Positions 17,487 to 27,072 of a stretch of 52,517 nucleotides of DNA are shown here, one piece after another. This DNA is from a virus (taxonomy: Duplodnaviria; Caudoviricetes), in IMG/VR virus record IMGVR_UViG_3300042332_001637, positions 1 through 52,517 of that record, one strand, 5' to 3'. A model generated the notes under the pieces. It searched no databases and was not told the origin of the DNA. It was given only the letters and a program-made list of their open reading frames with translations. The translations under genes and the position numbers were made by a program. How positions within the stretch are numbered: the stretch's first letter is position 1; the number at the start of each line of letters is the position of its first letter.

Positions 17487-20057
17487 TTAATCCTCGTCGT
17501 TTTTAAGCATTGCGTTTACATAATGGACTAGAAACGCTATGCTAGTTGCTATTAATGTTATTTTTCTTGTCTCTCCAGATAAAGTTGCAAAGACTACTAC
17601 GCTTCCTGAAATTGTAAAAGCCATTGCTGCTGTCTCTTTTGAGAATTTTTTGATGAAGCCCCAAGGGCTAAATCTTTTCTTCATTGTTCCCTCCTCGTAT
17701 TTAAAAATACTATTTCTTGTAAAATTATTTTCTTCTTCGTCGCCCTCTGGGCCTTCGATCTCAGCTTCTTCTTCCTCTTCTTCCTCTGGTTCATCATTCT
17801 TTTTGCCTGATCCTGGTCCCTCACCAGAACCACCTGATCCCCCACCAGAACCTCCAGAACCGCCTGCAGGACCACGAGAACCTCCGCCACCAGATCCAGA
17901 TCCACCACTGGCTGCAGGGGCTACGGCAACAGTGGAAAGAACTGTAGTAGCAGCTATAAGAGACCTTCTGGTTCCAACGTCAATACTTGAACCAACGGCA
18001 ACATAGTCATCAAGGCCTGCTGCATAAACGTCAATTGTTTCCTCAAAGGCATTTTTAATTTCTTCGGGAGCATCTGTTACAGCTTCGACAAGTGCTGCCT
18101 CTTCTTCTGCAGAAAGATCTCCAACAGGAATTTCATCAAAGATCTCTGCAGCTTGTTCTCCGTCAATACTTTCAAGAACTTTTTCACTGGTTGCAAGTTC
18201 GGTTGCTTGATCCTCAGTCACTCCGTTTTCCAAGATATTGTCAACAGCAGTAGCAACCTGCTCTTCTGTAACGGTGTCGGATTCCAGTATGTCAACAACT
18301 TCCGCAAACTGTTCATCAGTAAGTGGACTATCTAAAACCGCATCAATGACCTCAGTAAACTTTTCGTCAGAAAGAGGTTCTTCAAAAACTGCATCGAGAG
18401 CAGCACTCAATTGTTCAGTTGTAAGATCATCACTAAAGACTGAGTCAACAACGGCAGCGAACTCTTCACTATTCATAGGTCCGTCAAAAAGAGATGTAAC
18501 TAATGCTGCAATTTCTTCTGGAGACTCTGCATCTGCTATTGCATCTGATACAGCTGTACCGAGTTCTTCTGGACTATCTGTATTTTTAAAGATATCAGCG
18601 ACTGCATCATCGGCTGTAGTTTGCGTGTCTTCTGGAATACTTACTTCTGGGATTGTTTCATTTGGTAGGTCTTCTGGCTCTGGGACTTCTACTGGAGTTG
18701 TATCTATTTCTGGTGTTGAAACTGGAGTTGGATCTAAATCAGGAATTGAAACAGTAGTATTTTCTGTTGGAAGCGTCTCAACAGGAGGAACGATGACCTC
18801 TGGCTCAGTGGTAGTGGTGGTGTTATTGGTAGTGGTTACTGGACCATATTTTAGAACAACTGAAAGATGCTTCACTGTTCCACCACATGGGTCGCCAAAA
18901 ATTCCATTGTCTGCAGAAATGGTTGCTGACGTTTTTCCTATAAATGCTGTCTGAACTTCAGCAATTGAAGATAAAGAGTCACAATTAGAAGTCCTGTATA
19001 AACCATTTGATCCAGTTGGTGTTCCATAGCTAGCAAAAAGAACTTCAGTAAATTCATTTCCATTTGGTGCGGTTAAAGTAAGGTCTGAACCTTCGCCAGC
19101 CGTACCCCACTCTGTATCATTCAATGAATAGGTAATTGGGGGAAGGGTAGTGGTAGTGGGCTCAATTATTTCTATGTCTACAGTTGTAGCAGGGCCATAT
19201 AGGCATGAGCCCTGACCTTCGCCAACACATGGTGCAGTTCCTGCACTTACAGTAAACCTGGTATCACCATAACCTGAGGTATCTGAACCTAAAGTTATTG
19301 TTGTAGTCAAAACGTTACCGTAAGTCCAGATGCCCCAACCTCCAGTTTGCTCTCCAGAGTCCATTTCAAACCAAGTAATATTCCACATATACGGATCTAT
19401 ATTGCTAGCGGAACCAGGATCCCATGAAAGGGTTACAGCGTTTCCAGAAGCTGATGCACTTAGATTTGCTGGAGGATTAAAATACGGCGCTAATGTTGTT
19501 GTGGTCGTTGGTACTACTTGGGTTTTTGTAAATGCAGAAGCTGGAACAATTTCCCAACCATTTCCTATGTTCCAATACAAAGTGGTCCATGCTCCACCAC
19601 CATTTTCATAAAACCAAAAAGTTAATTCTTTTGAAACTCCTGCGGTAAATTGTTGAGGAGCTGTAGGGTTTCCTCCACCACCTTTATCTCGCCAATTATC
19701 GTCGATTAATACATCATCTAAAATTAACTTATTTCCATCATCTGCAGTTGGTAGGAAAGAAATTGCACCAGTAATTGGAGAGGTTATATGCCCTTCGTAT
19801 TTTACAAGAAAGTCTTCATATAATCCAAAAGGAGGAGAAGAGTCAAAATCTTGATCAATACTAGCAACGGTCATAGTTCCAACTGACGGCCTGCCAGAGA
19901 TATTGGGTAGAGGTGGAGAGCCGTTGTAACCAAAATTATTATAAACAGTTACGTTAAGACCGGGCTCTGCAGTTGCCTTAGAAGAAGGTGGAAATACAAA
20001 TACGGCTGCAAAAAGTACAGCTAAAATCCAAGATCCTCTACGTGGTTTTAATCTCAT
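17487..20057 (-). CDS. Large surface/membrane protein: PA14, FN3-like, SUEL-type lectin, acidic helical repeats, C-terminal TM helices
   Basis: Signal peptide; PA14 'ADDG...YENGGGA...LYW'; lectin 'FASYGTPTG...FGDPCGGTVKHL'. Confidence 0.75.
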   Translation of the reverse strand: MRLKPRRGSWILAVLFAAVFVFPPSSKATAEPGLNVTVYNNFGYNGSPPLPNISGRPSVGTMTVASIDQDFDSSPPFGLYEDFLVKYEGHITSPITGAISFLPTADDGNKLILDDVLIDDNWRDKGGGGNPTAPQQFTAGVSKELTFWFYENGGGAWTTLYWNIGNGWEIVPASAFTKTQVVPTTTTTLAPYFNPPANLSASASGNAVTLSWDPGSASNIDPYMWNITWFEMDSGEQTGGWGIWTYGNVLTTTITLGSDTSGYGDTRFTVSAGTAPCVGEGQGSCLYGPATTVDIEIIEPTTTTLPPITYSLNDTEWGTAGEGSDLTLTAPNGNEFTEVLFASYGTPTGSNGLYRTSNCDSLSSIAEVQTAFIGKTSATISADNGIFGDPCGGTVKHLSVVLKYGPVTTTNNTTTTTEPEVIVPPVETLPTENTTVSIPDLDPTPVSTPEIDTTPVEVPEPEDLPNETIPEVSIPEDTQTTADDAVADIFKNTDSPEELGTAVSDAIADAESPEEIAALVTSLFDGPMNSEEFAAVVDSVFSDDLTTEQLSAALDAVFEEPLSDEKFTEVIDAVLDSPLTDEQFAEVVDILESDTVTEEQVATAVDNILENGVTEDQATELATSEKVLESIDGEQAAEIFDEIPVGDLSAEEEAALVEAVTDAPEEIKNAFEETIDVYAAGLDDYVAVGSSIDVGTRRSLIAATTVLSTVAVAPAASGGSGSGGGGSRGPAGGSGGSGGGSGGSGEGPGSGKKNDEPEEEEEEEAEIEGPEGDEEENNFTRNSIFKYEEGTMKKRFSPWGFIKKFSKETAAMAFTISGSVVVFATLSGETRKITLIATSIAFLVHYVNAMLKNDED

Positions 20058-20092
20058 CCGTTGCCCTCCGATGGTTATTACCTATAGTAATA

Positions 20093-20126
20093 AGAAAAGG
20101 TCCCGACATAAGTCAGGACCTTTTCT
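20093..20126. terminator. Intrinsic terminator-like hairpin
   Basis: AGAAAAGGTCCcGAC-ataa-GTCaGGACCTTTTCT. Confidence 0.7.
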
Positions 20127-20302
20127 ATTTGCCTCCGTTGCAAGGAATAATATTCTACCACATTTTTTTAATCAATTTCTATTTCAGAATCTGTTTTTTC
20201 TAAAAAAGAAAAGAAAGATCTTATAGATATTGCTGGAATAAGGATTGCGACTATAGCCGCGAAGATAAATAGCTTCATTAACTTAATCTAATCAAACGCA
20301 TT

Positions 20303-21395
20303 TCAAACTAATGGAGGCCTATAAAAATCTGATGGCCTAGGAAATATTATTGGAGACTCATCACCAACAGAATTTGGTCCACCTTTTGCTTCAGTATAAT
20401 CATCGAACCAATCCATTGGTGCTTCAATCCACCATCTTGTCGGAAGAAGTTTTTCTGCTACATAGTTGCGTTCAGATTCTTTTTCGGACCAAAATAGTTC
20501 TGTTTTACCAGGCAATTCCATAATTGGTGCTCGAGTGCTGACTGCTTTATTTCCGTTTTTTTGTTGTTTTTGTTGTGAAACCAGTCTGAACTTTTTCTGT
20601 ATCATAAACAAAACTTAAACCTTCTTTTATAAGAGAAAAATTCATATGGGCAAAGGCGGGAAGACCAGGAGCCCATACAATATGCCATGCTTCAAAACCA
20701 GGACGATTTCTTTGTACTTCCCAAACAAAACCAAAAGCCCATGCATTTCTTCTTAGCCAATCTGTTTGAGCAGTACTTGGTTGTAAAGATCCTCGTCGAG
20801 GATTACGGTCTTTTGAAGTGAATGGAACGTAAATACCAAGATCGAATGCAAGTCCTAAACCATGGTTAGAGGTCCCAGGAACTGCTAGTGATGTTCCATC
20901 TGCTTGAGCTAGCCAATAAGATTTTCCATTCCAGGTTTTTCTATAATCATCTATTCTGTTTTTTCTTCCAGCGTACTGGCCTTTACATAATTTATTCCAT
21001 TGTTTTAAGCTAGGTTTTTTATCTGTGTACCTACTATTAAAAGCTTGTTGCTGTTGTGAATAAGACCTGTAGCCTTCATTCATTTTCATGAATACACCAT
21101 CGACCGCAGCGTACCTTATCATCAACTCTAGAGCCCCTATAGCATAGGGGTGCCCCATTAATCTTGAATCTGGATGCTGCACTTGATTAAATTTATGAAC
21201 CAAAGCCTCAGAACATCTGACTAATTTTGAGCTATCATTAATATCAAGTTTTCCATTTTCCACTCCTTCGAGTGAAGCCGGCAAACTAGCTACTGTTGTT
21301 TGATCAGACCATATTAAAGGCCAATAATCGGCACCTTTGTCATTAAACTTTGAATATCTAGATGATTGATATATCCCTGCAGATTTAACAGCCAT
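20303..21395 (-). CDS. M15B/VanY-like D-Ala-D-Ala peptidase (282 aa as triplets; 363 aa via +1 shift at CGGA 20555-20552)
   Basis: 'GYRSYSQQ', 'PGTSNHGLGLAFD', 'AWAFGF...EAWH'; AAA AAA CGG AAA TAA joins the 20303-20611 ORF. Confidence 0.8.
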
Positions 21396-21412
21396 AATTA
21401 AATACTATAATC

Positions 21413-21943
21413 TTACTGACCTGGCTTGGGTAGTGCTCGCCAAGCTGCTTCCATTTTTGCGGCATCTTTTGCGAACTCTGGTTCCAATTCAATATGAATC
21501 CACTTACCGCCAAAAGATCCTGCATTTTCTTTAGCGTCATAGATTTTTACGCCTTTTTCTCCTTCACCACGACTACATCTGAAACCGCGACCGTAGCCTG
21601 GCTTTTTATCAGATGCGTTTGCGTCATAAGCATAGTCATGAATCTCAACAATTCCCAACGCTGCAGCATTGGCAAGGAACCAATCCCACATGGCTACACC
21701 AATCTTGCGGTCTGTGTAACCGATGTCTGCTGCTGCTCCAGTTGCATGAACTGATAACCACTTTTCCATTCCGGGGTCACCGATCTTCTTGCCTGCAGTA
21801 TGTGAGTTACGCATTAATCTGGCGGAATAGATTCCCATGTTACTGGTCTTCCATCTGCGACTACAAGCGTTAACAAACCATTCTGTTCCTGCGCCTGCTT
21901 TTTTACCATCAAAACTAGGATAATAAGGGTATTTTCTTGGCAT
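21413..21943 (-). CDS. M15-like zinc peptidase, possible endolysin domain
   Basis: 'SVHATGAAADI' and 'WIHIE' motifs. Confidence 0.65.
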   Translation of the reverse strand: MPRKYPYYPSFDGKKAGAGTEWFVNACSRRWKTSNMGIYSARLMRNSHTAGKKIGDPGMEKWLSVHATGAAADIGYTDRKIGVAMWDWFLANAAALGIVEIHDYAYDANASDKKPGYGRGFRCSRGEGEKGVKIYDAKENAGSFGGKWIHIELEPEFAKDAAKMEAAWRALPKPGQ

Positions 21944-21986
21944 ATTGATTCTCCTTTTAAATTTTAAAATATGTTATTATAGTAAA

Positions 21987-22526
21987 CTATTTTGTAGCGA
22001 TTACCCCAAGGTTTGGGATATCCTTACCAAAGTCTTTTTCTGTCTCTGAGGGGATGATATCATCATCAATGTCATATTGCCAAAAGCCTGCATCAAAACC
22101 TTCAGCTTCCATTCCAATAGATTGAAAGTCTTTAATTAGTTCCTCTTGGGTCCACATGCTTTGATGTTGTTGAAGTATATTGGATTTGCATCTGCTTGCA
22201 GGGGTAAATATAGGGGCTCTCATTGCCCTAAAACTTATCTTTCCATCAACCCACATTTTAATCAAACGTCCAGTATCTGTTTGGATAATTTTAATTTGTC
22301 CACCTTTTTTTAATTTGTTCTTTAAGTCCAAAAGAAATTTCTTGTATTCTGTCACAGGTATATGTTCCAATGTATGAGAAAGGAAAAATTCATCTACGCT
22401 ATTATCGTCACAAAAGGAATCAAGGTCCATGATATTGGCTTCAATATCACATACCTCTGCTAAGTTGACTGTTTTATATTCTCCACCCTTGCCGATTCCT
22501 CCAAGGTTAAATTTTAATTTTTGCAT
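21987..22526 (-). CDS. Class I SAM methyltransferase-like protein
   Basis: 'NLGGIG', 'SHTLEHI', 'LKKGGQI'. Confidence 0.7.
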   Translation of the reverse strand: MQKLKFNLGGIGKGGEYKTVNLAEVCDIEANIMDLDSFCDDNSVDEFFLSHTLEHIPVTEYKKFLLDLKNKLKKGGQIKIIQTDTGRLIKMWVDGKISFRAMRAPIFTPASRCKSNILQQHQSMWTQEELIKDFQSIGMEAEGFDAGFWQYDIDDDIIPSETEKDFGKDIPNLGVIATK

Positions 22527-22527
22527 G

Positions 22528-23229
22528 TTACTCTTCTCTTGTATGTAAATTTAATGAAAGCCAACCCATATGGTAAAGGCTATTAGGTAGTACGTCTGGC
22601 TCAAAGCCAGTCTTCCATAAACAATATGGAAAGCTTACTTGATCTTGATATGACCAATCTAGGTTTTGTCTGTGCCACAACTCTCCAAGTTCTTTAACTT
22701 TTGGATTAGTCATATCTCTAGCAGAAACTCCACAAGCATATAGCCCATAGTTTTCTGGAAAACCCTCAGATCTATAGAAGTCACATTGTGCATCTAGTGG
22801 TTCGTTTGCATACTTTGGTGGCCTAATTGTTGCCTCACCATAGGCACAGTATCTTCCAGGATTTCCTAATGCATCTGGGTGTGGAGATGCCACAAAACCA
22901 TTATTCATATAAGATAATATTTCAGAAACAAAATTTTTATTCTCTATACAAATTTCTCCATCAATCCAAATAATATATTTATAATTATTTAAAATTTCTA
23001 TTGAATGAGGATTTAGTTTTGGTCTTTTTGATCTTCTTCTGCTATCTAGGTGGGCATCTGATTCAGGAAGTTGATGAACTTTCCATGGATGGGAAATCTC
23101 AAAGATGGACATACCATCAGTAAAATATATATAATCGACACCTTCTATAACCACTTGAGTAGTAGCGCTGTCATATCCTCCAGTTACAGCCGTACAAATC
23201 GCAGTATTTCCAAACCAATCTGTAACCAT
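22528..23229 (-). CDS. DUF616/MUCI70-like glycosyltransferase
   Basis: 'TAVTGGYD', 'YIYFTD', 'PKLNPH', 'IWIDG', 'QDQVSFPYCLWK'. Confidence 0.75.
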   Translation of the reverse strand: MVTDWFGNTAICTAVTGGYDSATTQVVIEGVDYIYFTDGMSIFEISHPWKVHQLPESDAHLDSRRRSKRPKLNPHSIEILNNYKYIIWIDGEICIENKNFVSEILSYMNNGFVASPHPDALGNPGRYCAYGEATIRPPKYANEPLDAQCDFYRSEGFPENYGLYACGVSARDMTNPKVKELGELWHRQNLDWSYQDQVSFPYCLWKTGFEPDVLPNSLYHMGWLSLNLHTREE

Positions 23230-23230
23230 A

Positions 23231-23806
23231 CTATTTCTTTATACCGTCTATTCTTAGAATATAATCTTGATCCAAGACTGTAGATTTTTCATCTAGCTTA
23301 CTCCAGTCTTTCTCGTCTCCATGTTTAATTTCAATAACTTCAATTCCCAATTGATTAAAGTCGTCACTTAACATTCTATATGTTAAACCAACAAAATGAA
23401 AATCATTTTTATTCATTTGCTCTGCAAAAAATATTTGCTGTAAAGCTCTATCGCCTTCTAGTGAATTCATATTTATTAACTGCTTACAGGTGGCTAAAAA
23501 ATCAGGCACTTCTATCCTTATTAAACCGCCTGGTTTAAGAATTCTATGCCACTCAATCAGTGCGTTTTTATACTCTTTCCATTCAAAATGCTCTAAACAT
23601 TCAGAGCTAAAAACTACGTCAGCATAATTGTCTGGAAGTGGTATTTCTCTAGCATCGCATACTATGTCTACCTCTTCCCATATATCATCATGATAATGCA
23701 AAGGGAATGGATCTATGTCTACATGAATCCAATCAGGACCTAAGTATGTCCTAGTGCCAATAACGACCTTGATTCCATCGCCTTGTGGAATAGATGAAGA
23801 ATTCAT
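23231..23806 (-). CDS. Class I SAM methyltransferase (type 11-like)
   Basis: 'WIHVDI', 'SSECLEHF', 'EWHRILKPGGLIRIEVPD'. Confidence 0.8.
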   Translation of the reverse strand: MNSSSIPQGDGIKVVIGTRTYLGPDWIHVDIDPFPLHYHDDIWEEVDIVCDAREIPLPDNYADVVFSSECLEHFEWKEYKNALIEWHRILKPGGLIRIEVPDFLATCKQLINMNSLEGDRALQQIFFAEQMNKNDFHFVGLTYRMLSDDFNQLGIEVIEIKHGDEKDWSKLDEKSTVLDQDYILRIDGIKK

Positions 23807-23807
23807 A

Positions 23808-24479
23808 CTACCTATAATTAACAGTAACTGGGAACGGCATTGTTTTTATTAATCTGTCCGTGTATTCATGGCATAGTGGGTGAAATACTTCTAAAAGAAT
23901 TTCTCCCCACTGAATTGGATATTCAGTTACAAACGTATCTGCAGCTTCTCTTGAATTTTTAGCGGGTGTTTTTTTAAGTAGGTGCAGCTTTTCATTCATA
24001 ATAGAGAGCATCTTATGATACCACTTATCGGTGAATTCTGTGTGTGGCTTAAATATATATAAATCATTTGTCATCAACTTATCCCAATGCTGACCAAGCC
24101 ATGGTCTTTGATTTGGGGTTACGCTTAGCTCGCCTTCATCTTCTGGCGCACCAATACCAAAAGCATCAGGAGTATTATTTAACTGGTCAAAGTATGGATT
24201 CCAATCCCATGAACATGGCTTAATGTCACTATATCCACCACCGTAGTGATGCATAAAATATGTTCTTAGATAATCTGCCTTATGAACATCTGATAGATAT
24301 TGAAAGCCCTCATGAAGAGGATGGTCATCCAAAATATATGTATGAAGATTGTGGTTATCAACTAAGATAACTTCAACTTTTGAATTTAAAAATAAACTAG
24401 CTAATCCAGCTTTTCTATTTTCGTTCATCTCTTCATTATTATGCCCGACCCAAAAGCAGTATATTTTTTTGTCAACCAT
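23808..24479 (-). CDS. GT32/capsular-polysaccharide-synthesis-like glycosyltransferase
   Basis: 'IYCFW', 'HKADYLRTYFMHHYGGGYSDIK'. Confidence 0.8.
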   Translation of the reverse strand: MVDKKIYCFWVGHNNEEMNENRKAGLASLFLNSKVEVILVDNHNLHTYILDDHPLHEGFQYLSDVHKADYLRTYFMHHYGGGYSDIKPCSWDWNPYFDQLNNTPDAFGIGAPEDEGELSVTPNQRPWLGQHWDKLMTNDLYIFKPHTEFTDKWYHKMLSIMNEKLHLLKKTPAKNSREAADTFVTEYPIQWGEILLEVFHPLCHEYTDRLIKTMPFPVTVNYR

Positions 24480-24705
24480 TATCTTTTCGCCACTTCCACA
24501 TGTTGCGCCAATGCACCCACTGCCACAAAATCCACATAGCCATAAATCCTGGCTTGTTAAAAATAATTGAATATAAGGCCCATGGCAATGAGTGTAGGGC
24601 TACAATCATATGGCCATACCATCTTTTGTTTCCTACCTGATAGCTACCATATACGCCTATTAATTCCATGGCAAATAGAAGCCATGTCCACATTTGCTCG
24701 CTCAT
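24472..24705 (-). CDS. Small membrane protein (PnuC-like Trp-rich helices)
   Basis: Three hydrophobic segments, 'WRNMWKW' end. Confidence 0.55.
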   Translation of the reverse strand: MSEQMWTWLLFAMELIGVYGSYQVGNKRWYGHMIVALHSLPWALYSIIFNKPGFMAMWILWQWVHWRNMWKWRKDNG

Positions 24706-24714
24706 AAAATCCTT

Positions 24715-24930
24715 TTATTCCTGATTACTGACGACTTTTGTAATTAAAAAATATAATCTCATTAAGTCATAACCACTTATGCTAAAGACATATTCTTTTT
24801 CGTCACGAGACATTATACTAAAAGTGTGAGCTTTTAACAAGTCACCTTCTGTATTTATCATTGACATCTCAGGAGTAATGTTGATATTACTTATCATTGG
24901 CATGAAGCCACTGAATGTTTCTTCTGACAT
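24715..24930 (-). CDS. Hypothetical protein
   Basis: ATG at 24930 follows the upstream stop. Confidence 0.55.
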   Translation of the reverse strand: MSEETFSGFMPMISNINITPEMSMINTEGDLLKAHTFSIMSRDEKEYVFSISGYDLMRLYFLITKVVSNQE

Positions 24931-24931
24931 T

Positions 24932-25216
24932 TTACTTTTTCTTTTTTCCTTTAACAAAGGTTGAAACGTTTTTTGGAGATTGACCTTTTACTCCTTTTTC
25001 TGGAGTTCCAGATTTTCTTTTCCTTTGAACTGCGCTTTTCCTTTGGGCTGGGCTCATGGCTTTTGCCTTTGCAGCTGGTACGCATTTTGCGTAACCGGAT
25101 CCACCAGCACCTGATGTTCCGCAGGGTTGAAATTTGCCCTTCTTTTTAGGGGCGCCTATGTTAACCCATTTCTGATCAAACCATTTAGTAAGACCTACAC
25201 CTTTAGGGCCTGGCAT
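24932..25216 (-). CDS. Small Lys-rich phage protein
   Basis: 'GLTKWFDQKWVNI...PCG...YAKCVPAAKA'. Confidence 0.7.
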   Translation of the reverse strand: MPGPKGVGLTKWFDQKWVNIGAPKKKGKFQPCGTSGAGGSGYAKCVPAAKAKAMSPAQRKSAVQRKRKSGTPEKGVKGQSPKNVSTFVKGKKKK

Positions 25217-25217
25217 A

Positions 25218-25394
25218 TTATTTCTTCTTTAGCTTCTTTGTGGAAACGGTTTTCCATCCGCCTCCCATTGACTTATACTTTTTTGCAGCCCAAGCATTAG
25301 CATAGGCTGAAGGATAGACGTCAAATTTTGCTTTAGCCTGAGACTTTGCGCTAGACCAAAGAGATGGTTTAGTTGGTTTATTTACTTTTGCCAT
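25218..25394 (-). CDS. Small Lys-rich phage protein (58 aa)
   Basis: Manually read: MAKVNKPTKPSLWSSAKSQAKAKFDVYPSAYANAWAAKKYKSMGGGWK. Confidence 0.7.
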   Translation of the reverse strand: MAKVNKPTKPSLWSSAKSQAKAKFDVYPSAYANAWAAKKYKSMGGGWKTVSTKKLKKK

Positions 25395-25395
25395 T

Positions 25396-25608
25396 TTATC
25401 TTTTCTTTTTATTCTTTGCAGAAATCTTTCTAAGAGTCTTAGCTAGATTAGCCTGGCGAACAGTGGTAGCGCTGTACTTGGATGGATTCTTTGTTACTGC
25501 AGCTGCCATTCCAGCAACTGATTTGCCAGCCTTTTTTGCTTTAGCAGTAAAAGCTCCAGGTCTTTTAATAGCACCTTGGATCCACTTTTTATCCTTTTTA
25601 GCTGCCAT
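25396..25608 (-). CDS. Small Lys-rich phage protein
   Basis: 'KKWIQGAIKRPGAF...RQANLAKTLRK'. Confidence 0.7.
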   Translation of the reverse strand: MAAKKDKKWIQGAIKRPGAFTAKAKKAGKSVAGMAAAVTKNPSKYSATTVRQANLAKTLRKISAKNKKKR

Positions 25609-25610
25609 TG

Positions 25611-25784
25611 TTACTTGCTCTTTTTATTCATTATTGCTTTCTGAATAAAAGGTGGAAGCTTCTTTTGTGCTGCAGTCATCTTCATTGCACTTTTTTTAGC
25701 TGCACCTTTTTTCATTGCGCCTTTTTTAGCTGAGCCCATTTTCTTTGCGCCCATTCCTTTTTCTTTTTTCATTCCATAAGCCAT
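25611..25784 (-). CDS. Small Lys/Met-rich protein (57 aa)
   Basis: Manually read: MAYGMKKEKGMGAKKMG...TAAQKKLPPFIQKAIMNKKSK; AGGAG RBS. Confidence 0.65.
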   Translation of the reverse strand: MAYGMKKEKGMGAKKMGSAKKGAMKKGAAKKSAMKMTAAQKKLPPFIQKAIMNKKSK

Positions 25785-25785
25785 T

Positions 25786-26052
25786 TTATTCTCCTTTAGT
25801 CTTTCTTTGTTTTTCTTTTTCGATTTTTTTCATGTGCCAATCAATATGGCCATCTAATTTATCATCGACTTTATCAACCTGTTCATCCACATGATCTATC
25901 TTGTGATGCAGGTTAATGATATCATCTTTTACTGTCACCAACATACTAGCAACAACGTTATGGTCAGCTTTATTTTCTGCTCTACCCTTTTGTATAAGGG
26001 CAGCTATCACGCCACCAACGGCAGCAATAATAGCAACGGTTATAGCTTCCAT
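25786..26052 (-). CDS. Membrane-anchored coiled-coil protein (lysis-cassette type)
   Basis: MEAITVAIIAAVGGVIAALI TM segment, then 'ENKADH...KLDGHIDWH'. Confidence 0.65.
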   Translation of the reverse strand: MEAITVAIIAAVGGVIAALIQKGRAENKADHNVVASMLVTVKDDIINLHHKIDHVDEQVDKVDDKLDGHIDWHMKKIEKEKQRKTKGE

Positions 26053-26053
26053 G

Positions 26054-26342
26054 TTACCACTTAACCCTATCTGCCCAGTAAGCTGCACTCATCTTTCCTT
26101 TGGCAATATTCTTTGCATGACGTGCCTTAAAAGAATTTCTTCTTGCAGCATAGGACTTTGATTCACCTTCTTTTTTGGGTGAACCAGAAACGCCTTGTTG
26201 ACCAAACCTAATAGTCTTCACTTTGTCTCCGACCTTAGCGACTACTACGTGGGATTTTTTAGGATGGCTTGGTGTTCTTTTAGGTTTATTGAAGCCAGAG
26301 ACTCCGAGCTTTCTTCAGTCTAGGATCTTTTTTTGCTGCCAT
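26054..26342 (-). CDS. Small Lys-rich phage protein (95 aa via +1 shift at CGGA 26306-26303)
   Basis: AGGAG RBS; MAAKKDPRLKKA-[G]-VSGFNKPKRTPSHPKKSHVVVAKVGDKVKTIRFGQQG...SAAYWADRVKW; absent from the ORF track. Confidence 0.8.
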
Positions 26343-26462
26343 TACCTTTTCTCCTATTTGATTTACTAGCCTTTGTTCTCTTGGCGACTTTTGCATCTAT
26401 ACCATTCATAGTATTATTTTGACCCATTCTAGGTCCACTTATGTATATAAATTTTTTTATGG

Positions 26463-26636
26463 TCATTTCTTTTTTCTCAATCTGTTAGCGCTTGAGATGG
26501 CAATTGCAACTGCTTGTTTTTTGCTTTTAACAACAGGTCCACCCTTTCCAGAGTGTAAAGAACCTCTACCAAATTCGCCCATTACAGACTTAATTTTCTT
26601 TTGGTAAGCTGTTACTTTCTTCTTTTTCGTCGCCAT
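26463..26636 (-). CDS. Small Lys-rich phage protein (57 aa)
   Basis: Manually read: 'KKIKSVMGEFGRGSLHSGKGGPVVKSKKQAVAIAIS'. Confidence 0.7.
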   Translation of the reverse strand: MATKKKKVTAYQKKIKSVMGEFGRGSLHSGKGGPVVKSKKQAVAIAISSANRLRKKK

Positions 26637-26739
26637 TGCTAGACCCCTTTGGTTTAGTGTAGCCTTTAGATACTTTTCTAAATTTAGCTAAAGACACAAT
26701 AAAACCTCATAAACTATATAACTAGTATAGTAACAAAAA

Positions 26740-26767
26740 AATACTCTACCTAAGCTGGTAGAGTATT
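26740..26767 (-). terminator. Terminator hairpin
   Basis: AATACTCTACC-taagct-GGTAGAGTATT flanked by A/T runs. Confidence 0.7.
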
Positions 26768-26781
26768 AAAAAAATATATTT

Positions 26782-27072
26782 TTAACTATTCTTTTTTGGT
26801 CTACCCTTTGGCTTGGGGGAAGCACTATTTGGCTTTTTTTCTGCAGGACTCTTCTTAGCAGGTGTTTTCTTAGCTGAAGCTTTTACTTCTTTTACTTCTT
26901 CTAAAACAACTTCTTCTATTTCCTTGAGAGATTCGTCAACTTTTTCTGCGACTTTTTCTGCATGATCTAGATGTGACTCTACAATCTTTTCAAAAACAGG
27001 GCTAATTATATTAGAATTTTTAGCTTTCTTTTTGAATATTTTTTTGATTTTTGACACTAGTGACTTTAACAT
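26782..27072 (-). CDS. Lys-rich protein with histone-like tail
   Basis: 'AKKTPAKKSPAEKK...KGRPKK'. Confidence 0.65.
   Translation of the reverse strand: MLKSLVSKIKKIFKKKAKNSNIISPVFEKIVESHLDHAEKVAEKVDESLKEIEEVVLEEVKEVKASAKKTPAKKSPAEKKPNSASPKPKGRPKKNS

Noticed and set aside
17539-18954. Long plus-strand ORFs (155 and 238 aa) and similar antisense ORFs across the minus-strand region
   Set aside because: They are shadows of low-complexity or biased minus-strand genes, with no RBS or recognisable motifs.
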